A stretch of DNA of 64,000 nt from contig JBMNNW010000007.1 of NCBI GenBank assembly GCA_050942735.1, positions 13,086-77,085 of the forward strand, in the 5' to 3' direction. A program made the translations under genes and the position numbers. The notes below the pieces were generated by a model. It did not search any database. It worked only from the letters and a program-made list of their open reading frames with translations, and was not told the DNA's origin. The DNA comes from Armatimonadota bacterium (GTDB taxonomy: Bacteria > Armatimonadota > Zipacnadia > Zipacnadales > UBA5352). Below, in pieces: positions 39,789 through 48,357 of this stretch (its first letter is position 1; every line of letters starts with the position of its first letter).

Positions 39789-42761
39789 GTGTTCACGCGG
39801 TCAGATCAAAGCAGGATGCGCATCCTCGTCGATCACTACCACGACTCAGGGTGGAGCGGTGTTCGGCGCGAGCTGAGCAGCGGCCCCGAGCGGATCACGA
39901 TCTGCCGCGAGCCGCTCAAGTGGAGCGTGTTGCGGCGCTACCACGTCGTCATCATTGACGCCACCGCTCCCGCGCGGGTGGGGCCGGCGGAGTTGAAGGC
40001 CGTCGAGCGCTTCGTCGCCGAGGGCGGGGGCCTGCTGGTCGCCGGCTCCGCGCCGCAGTTCGAACTGGTGACGGGCGATGGACCATCGAAGATGCCCGCC
40101 GCGCGCTTCGCGGAGCGCTTCGGCGCGCGCTTCGTGCCCGCTGAAGACTCCGGGGGCGAGCTGCAGATCGACCGCGAGTTCCGCGTGGGCTATCATGAGG
40201 ACGATGTCGCGGTGACGGAGGGAGTCGTCGAGGGCTTCGGACCGCACCCGCCCGGCGCGGAGACGTGGACACCGCTGCGGCTTCCCGATGGCGCGCGCCC
40301 GCTGCTCGTCCATCGGCAGACAGGCGAACCCCTCGCGGGCCTTACCGAGCACGGCAGCGGGCGCGTCTGCGTCTGCGCGGTCACGCTCGAGCGCTTCAAT
40401 GTCCTGGCGCACCTCCAGCCGCTGCTGCGCGCGCTCGCCCCGGACCCGGCCGAGCGGGGGGGCGACGACCTGCCCGTGGAGATCGGCCCGCCACCGACCG
40501 CACGCACGGTGCACGGCCTCAAGCTCATCTGCGACGAACCCGTCGTCGAGCGCGCCGACGAACTCGCGGGCCTCATCCGCCGCTTCGACGAGTTCATGGT
40601 CGGGGTCTTCGGCACGGACTGGGCGACGCCCTCGGTCATCCGCGTGTTGCAAACCTCACGCCGCCCGCGCCCCTGGGATGACGGCCTCTTCCTCGCCGCC
40701 ACCGGGCCACGCTGGGCACTGGCGTACAACGCCGCCCTCGCGATCGCCAACGCCGCCGTGTGGCATCGTCCATCCGGCCACCTGCTCGTGAGCCTCTTCC
40801 CCGAGGCCACGGTGGCGCGCCATCTGGCACTGCGCTTCCTCGATCACCTCGGGTTCGCCGACGAGGCCGACCGCCTCCGCGACCGCCTGGTGCGGGCGCT
40901 CGACGCGAGCGACCCGTCACGCACACGGAAAGACCTCTCGCGCATCTACGCCGCCACCGAGCAGTGGCATCCCGGGGGCGCATGGCTGCTCGCCGAGCTT
41001 GAGCGGCGCTCCGGGGACGACCTGCTCGGCCGCCTTTTTGAGGTTCTCCCGAAGAAACGCGAGGAGGACCGCCTGCTCGCCGCGTTCGCCTGGCCTGCCG
41101 ACCGGCTGGCATACTACCTCGGGCTGGCCGCGGGCGAGGACCTCAGCGAGTTTCTCGCTCAGATCGGCACGACGGTGCACCCTCTGCCCCTGGTCCGGCC
41201 CGACGACGACGGCTTCGACGCGGCGATGCGCGGCGTGCTCGTTGAGGCGCTGCTCGCCGATGCCCCCGCCGTCGAGGCGAGCCGTCGCATCGAGGCGCTG
41301 AGCGATCTGTCACGCCTCAAGCCCGAGGAGCGCGCCGAGCTTCCCGACCGCGCGCGGAGCATGGTCGAGGCGTTCGAGCGCTCGGTGGCGTCGGATGAGC
41401 GCGCGGCGGAGCCGCTGGAGGCGCTCGCGGCGGGCGATCAGCCCGAGGACGCCGCGTGGGCTGCGCTGCAGCTCGTGACGATGGGGCGGTCGCAGTGGGC
41501 CGATCGCCTCGCCGGGCTGTTGCCCGGTCGCGATCTGCGCTTCCGGCTGATGGGGGGGCACGCACTTCGCAGGCTCGGCCGCGAAGCGCCGGAGGGATCG
41601 CTTGAGGGGCTGACCGACGGCGGAACGCGTGTCGGTGAACTCGAGATCGCCGCCCGCGACATGGTGATCGTCCACGCGAAGGTCGAGGGCTACGAGATCG
41701 CCAACGTACTCGCCGAGAGCGGGCTGAGCGGCTTCCCGCACGGGCACTGGGCCACCCGCTTTTACGTCTACTGGGTGCACACCTCGCCGCAGTGGCGGCG
41801 CAGCGGCCTGTCACGGCGGGCGTTCGCGGCGGCGATGCAGCACGAGGAGGCGCTGCGCTGCTCGTGCTTCGCGCTCAACACCGGCACTCGCAACAACGCC
41901 CACGCGCTCTACCGCGACTTCGGCTACGTGGACATGGACCGGCGGGAGCGAGCCGTCAAACTGCTGTGCCTCGGGACCCCGTGCGTCTCCCCCGACGGCG
42001 TCGTCATCCGGCCGATCGGCAAGGATGACCGCGAAACGGTCCGGCGCTATCTGCTCGACTACCACGACGACGCGTTCACGCTCTCCCCGCTGCCGGTGCC
42101 GCACCTCGGTGAGGGGACCTTCGCGGCGCTGGCCGAGCGCGATGGCGAGCTTGTCGGCGTCGCGCTGGCAAGCCACGAGGAGGGCGATCGTGCCACGCTG
42201 CTCGACGTGGCGGTCCGTGAGGGCGAGGAGGCGCGCGCCGAGATCGGCGCCGCCCTCCTCGCGCGGGTGCATACGCTGCTGGCTGGGGACGGTGCGAGGC
42301 GCGTGACCGCGGACGTGTGCTCGGACGCGGGCCTGCTGACCGACGTGCTGTGCCGCTGTGGGTACTCGCGCGAGTCTACCGGCGACGTGAACATGTTCGG
42401 CATCCGCGACCTCGCGCAACTCCTCGGGGAGATACGCCCGCTCTTCGAGCGCCGCCTGCGCAAGACGCCCTTCGAGGACTGGCGAGGGCGCGTGATCCTG
42501 CTTGGAGAGCGCCTCCGATCGGGGCTGGAGTTCGAGGATGGCTCGGCGCGCGTACTCGACACACTCGACTCGCGGCCGACGGACATCGCGCTGCGCACCA
42601 CCGACGAGCGCATCACGCGGATCGTGACCGGGCGGGAGACGCCGCTCGAGGGCTACCTTCAGCGGGAAACGACCGTGGAGCCGCAGGTCAGTCCGCCGGT
42701 CATGAGGCTGCTGGAGACGCTCTTTCCCCGGATGCCCTTCGTCCTGCGCTGGGGATGGTGA
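39789..42761 (+). CDS. Large multidomain GNAT acetyltransferase
   Basis: GNAT motif A VHTSPQWRRSGLS and AHALYRDFGY, a second degenerate GNAT, and an N-terminal GATase-like segment (FVAEGGGLLV); GGAGG RBS before GTG. Confidence 0.78.
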   Translation: MFTRSDQSRMRILVDHYHDSGWSGVRRELSSGPERITICREPLKWSVLRRYHVVIIDATAPARVGPAELKAVERFVAEGGGLLVAGSAPQFELVTGDGPSKMPAARFAERFGARFVPAEDSGGELQIDREFRVGYHEDDVAVTEGVVEGFGPHPPGAETWTPLRLPDGARPLLVHRQTGEPLAGLTEHGSGRVCVCAVTLERFNVLAHLQPLLRALAPDPAERGGDDLPVEIGPPPTARTVHGLKLICDEPVVERADELAGLIRRFDEFMVGVFGTDWATPSVIRVLQTSRRPRPWDDGLFLAATGPRWALAYNAALAIANAAVWHRPSGHLLVSLFPEATVARHLALRFLDHLGFADEADRLRDRLVRALDASDPSRTRKDLSRIYAATEQWHPGGAWLLAELERRSGDDLLGRLFEVLPKKREEDRLLAAFAWPADRLAYYLGLAAGEDLSEFLAQIGTTVHPLPLVRPDDDGFDAAMRGVLVEALLADAPAVEASRRIEALSDLSRLKPEERAELPDRARSMVEAFERSVASDERAAEPLEALAAGDQPEDAAWAALQLVTMGRSQWADRLAGLLPGRDLRFRLMGGHALRRLGREAPEGSLEGLTDGGTRVGELEIAARDMVIVHAKVEGYEIANVLAESGLSGFPHGHWATRFYVYWVHTSPQWRRSGLSRRAFAAAMQHEEALRCSCFALNTGTRNNAHALYRDFGYVDMDRRERAVKLLCLGTPCVSPDGVVIRPIGKDDRETVRRYLLDYHDDAFTLSPLPVPHLGEGTFAALAERDGELVGVALASHEEGDRATLLDVAVREGEEARAEIGAALLARVHTLLAGDGARRVTADVCSDAGLLTDVLCRCGYSRESTGDVNMFGIRDLAQLLGEIRPLFERRLRKTPFEDWRGRVILLGERLRSGLEFEDGSARVLDTLDSRPTDIALRTTDERITRIVTGRETPLEGYLQRETTVEPQVSPPVMRLLETLFPRMPFVLRWGW

Positions 42762-42854
42762 TCGAGGGCCGCGCCCGCGGGGGCCTGCGACGAGGCGCCG
42801 GGGCGTTGTGGAGAGGGCGGATCTCGCTCCGGCCTGCGCCCTCGTCGCCTCTCG

Positions 42855-43571
42855 TTACCCCCCGAGCCACCGAAGGATCGGCTCCGCCACCAGCGGTGTC
42901 CACCAGTCGTCGTAGAGGAACTGCACGCGCCCGATCAGCAGCGAGACGCGCGCCATCACCGTGTTGCCGAAGCTCGCGCCGAAGGCCACCATCAGGAAGA
43001 GTATCCCAACCTTCGAGGCGACCCCGAACGCTCCCGACTGCGCGCGGGAGAAGTAGAAGTACGCCAGCGTGCAGAGCAACCCGACGATCAGCAGGAAGTT
43101 GCTGATCGCGGTCCAAAGCGGCACCTCGACCCCCGGCCAGATCGGCAGCATCGTCGCATAAAGCTGAGGCAGCAGGTCGGCCTGCACCGACGCGGGGATC
43201 GTCAGGCCGGAGTAAAGGCCCATCACGAACGCGATCGGCCAGCGTGAGAGCCAGTCGTAGCGCGGGAAGAAGCGGCTGAACATCATCAGCCCCAGCACAC
43301 CGGGGATGATCACGAGGTAGCTCGGCGCGGCCATGTCCACCCGCTCCGGGCGGAAGAGCGGGTCGATCAGCAGCGGGATCACCGCCTCGTGCCAGGTGAT
43401 CACCACGCCGTAGCCCGCGGAGACCCCTACGAAGAGGTGCTCCGCGAACTTGTAGATGGGGTTGTCCTCGTAGAGGAAGCTGAAGATCGCCAGCGTCAGG
43501 AACGCGGCCAGCCAGACGCCGATGATCTCCGTCGAGATTCCCCAGATTTCAGGTGCTGCCGCCTCAGGCAT
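42855..43571 (-). CDS. Conserved hypothetical membrane protein (about 6 TM), GlmL-like locus
   Basis: FSFLYEDNP.YKFAEHLFVG, MVAFGASFGNTVMAR. Confidence 0.85.
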   Translation of the reverse strand: MPEAAAPEIWGISTEIIGVWLAAFLTLAIFSFLYEDNPIYKFAEHLFVGVSAGYGVVITWHEAVIPLLIDPLFRPERVDMAAPSYLVIIPGVLGLMMFSRFFPRYDWLSRWPIAFVMGLYSGLTIPASVQADLLPQLYATMLPIWPGVEVPLWTAISNFLLIVGLLCTLAYFYFSRAQSGAFGVASKVGILFLMVAFGASFGNTVMARVSLLIGRVQFLYDDWWTPLVAEPILRWLGG

Positions 43572-43641
43572 AGGTCAGCTACCAGTCTCCTGCAACTCGT
43601 CAACGATCCACATCGCGACAGCCCCCTGCCGTGCCCCGGCC

Positions 43642-44370
43642 CTACCCCTCGGCCGGCTTGCGAATCTCCAGCCACCAGCCCACGTCCGGCTCGGTGATCA
43701 GCCGGCAATGCTCGATCCCGGCCTCCCGCGCCAGGTCCACCATCCCCTCCGCGGGCCCCTCCCAGCCCTCGGGGATGCGGCCCTCCTCCCAGCGCCTCAG
43801 GCGGTCCTCAACGAGTCGCGCGCGAATCTCAGGATCCAGCAGTGTCCCCCAACCGCCGTGGCCGACGTACGCCACGCCGCCGGGCTTGAGAATGCGGTAG
43901 ACCTCACGCATGAACTGCACCTTATCGGGGACGAAGGGAATGACCGCGCGGCTGAAGACGAAGTCCGCGAGGCCCTCACGCAGCGGCATGTCCTGCGCGT
44001 CGCCCTCGATGGGAATCACCCGACTGGTCAGCCCCGCTTCGTCAACAAGCACACCGCACAGCCGGATCGCCCACGGGTCGAGGTCGAGGTTGTACACGGT
44101 CATCTGCGTCTGCGCGGCAAGCGCAATCGAGAACGCGCCCGCGTTTCCGCCGATCTCCACCGCGACGCCCTCGTCGAGGTCGTACTCCATCACCATCTGC
44201 CGGGCCAGCGGCTCGTACATCGGCGCGCGGGATCCCGTCATCGTCTGGAAGAAAGGAACCTTCTCTTTGAGCTGCTCGACGTAGCCGTCGGCACTCGCCA
44301 CCGGGGCGATCACCGCGACCATCCCCGCGGCCGCCAGCAGCAGCGCAATCCGTTCGAATCGAAGCCTCAT
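43642..44370 (-). CDS. Class I SAM-dependent methyltransferase with N-terminal signal peptide
   Basis: VEIGGNAG, LDLD, GDAQDMPL, EVYRILKPGG; signal-like N-terminus ending ASA|DG. Confidence 0.87.
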   Translation of the reverse strand: MRLRFERIALLLAAAGMVAVIAPVASADGYVEQLKEKVPFFQTMTGSRAPMYEPLARQMVMEYDLDEGVAVEIGGNAGAFSIALAAQTQMTVYNLDLDPWAIRLCGVLVDEAGLTSRVIPIEGDAQDMPLREGLADFVFSRAVIPFVPDKVQFMREVYRILKPGGVAYVGHGGWGTLLDPEIRARLVEDRLRRWEEGRIPEGWEGPAEGMVDLAREAGIEHCRLITEPDVGWWLEIRKPAEG

Positions 44371-44420
44371 GATCTATCTCTCCACTGTCCGACGGACGAT
44401 ACCACGCGCTCCGACACGGC

Positions 44421-45257
44421 CTACCGCCGGCGGTGCCGCCCGGACGCGAAGTATGCGATGTTCCCCACGATGACCAGCACGATGATCAGCAGATGCGCGA
44501 TCGACTGCGCCGACATCCCCAGCATCCCGGGCGCCTCCGATGGCTCAAGGTCAATCAGCCGCTCGTACTCCGCGGCCCCCTTCAGCCCGTTGATCAGCCC
44601 GATGAGCTGCCCTGACTGCAGGTAGGGGTAAAGGTCGGTCGCCATCACGGCGGTGATCCCTGCGACGAGGTCCTGGTTGTAGCGTTCGCGGGCGTAGGCG
44701 ATCCACGCGAAGGGGATGTTCCCCGCGGCGAAGTCCACCACCAGCGCCACGTCCGCGTAGGTCTTCACCCCGTCCATCACCTGCAGTTGGCTCGTCTTCC
44801 GGCCGTCCGCGGTGGTCGGGTAGACCTGCTCGATGCTCTCGCCCATCCCGAGGATCACCTGCGAGCCACCCGGCTTGAAGCCAAGATGCACGTAATCCAC
44901 GCCGTCCACGGCCCCAAGCTCGTCTCCGACCGTCGCGAGGACCTCGCGCCCAAGCGCCGTCCCCTGCGCGTTGAGCGAGACGCTCAGAAGGCGAAGGTCG
45001 CGCGTCAGAATGTGACGTACCACCGCGTACGCCTGCGGATGCAGCTCCGGCATGCTCGAGGGCGAGTAGTCGAATGACACCATCACGACCTCGCCGGGTT
45101 CCAGCGCCTCGATGTAGTCGTACACCGCGACCGTCGGAGGCGCGGGCTTGCCCTGCGGGAGCGCGTAGCCCGTGACGATCGGGATCACCACCGCCAGCGC
45201 GATCCCGACGAAGATCCAGCGACGATCAAGATCCAGCAGACGCTCCCACACATTCAC
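44421..45257 (-). CDS. Conserved hypothetical protein, N- and C-terminal TM with soluble domain
   Basis: GTGA overlap with the upstream gene; SFDYSPSSMPEL, YPYLQSGQL, GAAEYE, AQSIAH. Confidence 0.85.
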   Translation of the reverse strand: MNVWERLLDLDRRWIFVGIALAVVIPIVTGYALPQGKPAPPTVAVYDYIEALEPGEVVMVSFDYSPSSMPELHPQAYAVVRHILTRDLRLLSVSLNAQGTALGREVLATVGDELGAVDGVDYVHLGFKPGGSQVILGMGESIEQVYPTTADGRKTSQLQVMDGVKTYADVALVVDFAAGNIPFAWIAYARERYNQDLVAGITAVMATDLYPYLQSGQLIGLINGLKGAAEYERLIDLEPSEAPGMLGMSAQSIAHLLIIVLVIVGNIAYFASGRHRRR

Positions 45258-45925
45258 GCGCCACCACCTCCGCCGCCGCCTCCAAGGTGCGAGCGCTCGA
45301 TGCCGACGATGATGCGAAGGGCGGTCGCGATCGCGCCCAGCGCCACGCCGAAGATGATCCCGCGCTTGCCCGCGACCGTCGGGAAGCTCATGATCCACTC
45401 CGACACGTCGGGCATCGTTGCGTGCAGCCACAGCCCGGGGCCGGACTCGCCGAAGACCACGATCAGCGTCTCCGGGACCCGTCCGAGCATCACCACGATC
45501 GCCGCCACCAGCAGCAGCGTCGCCTCGGTCGAGCGGGCACGGAAGGTCCGGAAGGCCGCCGAGGCGATGAAGAACGCCAGCAGAGAGAACATCGTCGCAT
45601 CCAGCGGCACCTGCACATGGCGGAAGATCCAGTCAAAGCCGGTCCCGCGTTCGTGCCCGAACCCGATTCCGACGACGACCATGAGCCCGAAGGAAACGAT
45701 CGCAACCATCGAGTAAGGCCAGTCGCGGCGCCGCCGGCGAATCTTCTCCACATGCGTGCGCAGCAGGCTCTCAATCCCGAGCACCAGCGCGAATGCGGCG
45801 ACGATCCGCCCCCAGTTGAGCAGCTCGGCAAAGGCCGTCTGCCCCAGCTCGTGAGGGACGAAGAACTGCACCGCCATGAACACGCCGGCGAGAAAAGTTA
45901 TAACCAGCGGAATCTGAAGACGCAT
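45254..45925 (-). CDS. Conserved hypothetical membrane protein (about 6 TM)
   Basis: ATMFSLLAFFIASAAFRTFR, KRGIIFG, LRIIVGIER. Confidence 0.85.
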   Translation of the reverse strand: MRLQIPLVITFLAGVFMAVQFFVPHELGQTAFAELLNWGRIVAAFALVLGIESLLRTHVEKIRRRRRDWPYSMVAIVSFGLMVVVGIGFGHERGTGFDWIFRHVQVPLDATMFSLLAFFIASAAFRTFRARSTEATLLLVAAIVVMLGRVPETLIVVFGESGPGLWLHATMPDVSEWIMSFPTVAGKRGIIFGVALGAIATALRIIVGIERSHLGGGGGGGGA

Positions 45926-45979
45926 GTGTTGGCTTTCAGAGACGAGTTGCAGCCGACCGACCTGCGACCGGCGATGAAC

Positions 45980-47218
45980 TTACACGCCGAACCACTGCAC
46001 GAACGCCCGCGCCGCGTCGGCCAGCCAGCCGGTTGCGACAGAGGCGTAGGTTGCGGCCGCCACGCCGGCCACCAGCGCGACGGCGATGATGAACTTCGCG
46101 ATGTCCTGCCCGCGAAGCTGCGCGACCAGCAGCGGCTGGCGCGACAGATACGCGCTCGCGGCGTAAAGCTCCTCACCCATCAGCGTGTAATCACACGCGG
46201 TGATGAAGAACGGAAGCTGCGTGTCGGCATCGGTGCCGGCGATCTGAATCGCGCCGGTCTCGTTGCCCGTCTCCGCGAGGATCAGCGCCTCGGCGAAGAA
46301 GTACCCCATGTAAAAGCACGCCGCGGGCTTCTCACGCAGCATGATCCCGTCCACCGCGGCGACGTAGCCGAACTGACTCTCGGTCACGAAGAAGATATTG
46401 TCCGGGCGGTACGCGTCGGGCTTGCCCGCCTCGGTGTATGCCTGCCGCACGATCTCCCGCTCGGTCGTCATCACCAGCGGATCGTTGCACGGCACGAGTA
46501 TCTCCGTCTCATACGCCGCCGAGCGGCGCGACAGGTGGCCGAGGATCAGCATCGACGCGATCGTCGAGATGCTGCCGATCCCCGACAGCCCCGAGACGTA
46601 GACGATCGGCTTGCCCATCTCCGTGGCGCGACCGATCGCGTCGTTGACGGCCTCGAGCCCCGCGATCGGCCGGATGTACACGTCCTCCGCCCGCCCACGC
46701 ACCCGGTAGATCGTCACGATCACGATCACGCAGATCAGCACCGACAGCGCGAGGATGTTCGTGTACTGCGGATTGAACCACGTGCCCTCCGGCCGCACCG
46801 GCCCGACGATCGCCGCCTCGATCACCGGGGCCACGGTCGCCGAGAACCCCGGCGCGCGGGCCAGCGGCGCATCCGGCGGAGGGAACTGGTACTCGATCGT
46901 CACGCCCAACTCCCACCGCGGCCACGGCCACGGCTTGAGACCGCCGACCGGCGTCGATGTGGCGCCGAGCGGCACCACCGGGCCTCTCTGCCAGCCGCCA
47001 CCGACCTCGCGAAGCAGGATGCGCTGGCCGACCGGCTCCAGCCCCCGCAACTCGAGGGGCCGCTCCGGCGGCTCCCAGGTGAGCGTCATCTGAACGCCGC
47101 GCGGCTCCTCCTGGTCATCGACCGCCTGCACGTTCGACGGAACGACCGTCTGCGCCACGCACACGGACGCCGCCATCAGAACGCAGAGGCCGATTGTGCA
47201 CAGCCGGAGAGCGTTCAT
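45980..47218 (-). CDS. Signal peptide + FnIII-like domain + TM + DUF6754-like domain protein
   Basis: VPSNVQAVD..LTWEPP; IRPIAGLEAV.DAIGRATEMG; QLPFF..CDYTLMGEELYAASAYLS; ATGA overlap. Family name from recall. Confidence 0.82.
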   Translation of the reverse strand: MNALRLCTIGLCVLMAASVCVAQTVVPSNVQAVDDQEEPRGVQMTLTWEPPERPLELRGLEPVGQRILLREVGGGWQRGPVVPLGATSTPVGGLKPWPWPRWELGVTIEYQFPPPDAPLARAPGFSATVAPVIEAAIVGPVRPEGTWFNPQYTNILALSVLICVIVIVTIYRVRGRAEDVYIRPIAGLEAVNDAIGRATEMGKPIVYVSGLSGIGSISTIASMLILGHLSRRSAAYETEILVPCNDPLVMTTEREIVRQAYTEAGKPDAYRPDNIFFVTESQFGYVAAVDGIMLREKPAACFYMGYFFAEALILAETGNETGAIQIAGTDADTQLPFFITACDYTLMGEELYAASAYLSRQPLLVAQLRGQDIAKFIIAVALVAGVAAATYASVATGWLADAARAFVQWFGV

Positions 47219-48357
47219 TCCTCGATGATCTCCATGTTCGCCCGCGGCACTACGATGACCTCGCCGGTCCTGTCCAGCCGCACCCGCGCGACGCGCACCC
47301 GCGCCTCCGTCTCGATCTGCGTGGGCTCCTCGGGCAGCTCCACGATCACCGCAAGCTCCCCGAAGGTCGGCGGGCGGATCAGCCGCACCGGGCTGCCCAC
47401 CGCAAGCCCCCGAGTCTGCATCTCGTCGCGCGCCTCCCACGTCGCCCCCGGCTCAGGCACCACGACCTCCGGCCGGATCACGCCCGCGCGGATCTGCGTC
47501 GCGCCGTTCACCGACGCGCGCCGTCCATCCCGCTCGGCCAGCAGCTCGAAGGTGCGCGCGCGCATCGGGGTGTCGCCGAATCCCTCGGTGAGCACCAGGC
47601 TCAGCCCGAGGTCCTCCTGCCCGGTGATCGCCACCCCCAGCGGCTCGCCTACGAACTCGTCGAGATCGCGGTCGTCAATCGCGCCGGTGACCACCGCCGC
47701 GACCCCGGCCTCCCGTGCGGCCATCAGCGCGTCCAGCGTTACACGCCCGCCACCCACGAGGACGCAGTCGCGGCAGTCATCAGAGATCAGCTCCGCGGTG
47801 CATGCCTGCCCGGGCGCGTCGCACAGCACCCTCAGCACGCCGTGCGCCTCCCCGCCCACGCCGAGAATCCCCTGCGCAAGCGCGCCGCGAGTCTCGACCA
47901 CGACCGCTTCGCGCCCGTGCACCTCGACGACGACCCCGTCGATGTACGCATCGATCTGCACCTGGATCGGCTCGCCGCGGATCAGCACCTGCCCCGTCAC
48001 GCCGCTGACCGTCTCGATCGTCCCCGAGATCGGCGCGCGGGCGATCGCGTGGAAGAGCCCCCAGAAGCTCTTGCTCTCGGCGATCACCTGCCGCAGCTCG
48101 ACCTCATCGCCCTCCTCCACCAGCAGATAGTCCGGCACATCGTCGGGCGTCATCGAAAGCTCATGCGCCACGTTCACGTTGACGACGTTGCCGGGAAGCT
48201 GCGTGGAGCCGATGAGCTGCTCGGCGCGCACCTCCTCGCCCTCGCGCACGTGTATCTCGCCCGGCAACGGCAGCCGCCGCAGCCGCCGGATCAGCGCGCG
48301 ATCGGTGATCCGCAGGCCCGGAGTATACCCGTGCGTCGTCGCGTTCACCGCGCTCAT
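47215..48357 (-). CDS. Hypothetical soluble protein with barrel-sandwich-hybrid-like repeats and C-terminal KOW-like motif
   Basis: VREGEEV and VEEGDEV..APISGTI; LTEGFG; GATQIRAGVIRPE; GSPVRLIRPPTFG. Confidence 0.82.
   Translation of the reverse strand: MSAVNATTHGYTPGLRITDRALIRRLRRLPLPGEIHVREGEEVRAEQLIGSTQLPGNVVNVNVAHELSMTPDDVPDYLLVEEGDEVELRQVIAESKSFWGLFHAIARAPISGTIETVSGVTGQVLIRGEPIQVQIDAYIDGVVVEVHGREAVVVETRGALAQGILGVGGEAHGVLRVLCDAPGQACTAELISDDCRDCVLVGGGRVTLDALMAAREAGVAAVVTGAIDDRDLDEFVGEPLGVAITGQEDLGLSLVLTEGFGDTPMRARTFELLAERDGRRASVNGATQIRAGVIRPEVVVPEPGATWEARDEMQTRGLAVGSPVRLIRPPTFGELAVIVELPEEPTQIETEARVRVARVRLDRTGEVIVVPRANMEIIEE

Noticed and set aside
45287-48130. 947-aa plus-strand ORF
   Set aside because: Shadow of the minus-strand GlmL-locus genes.
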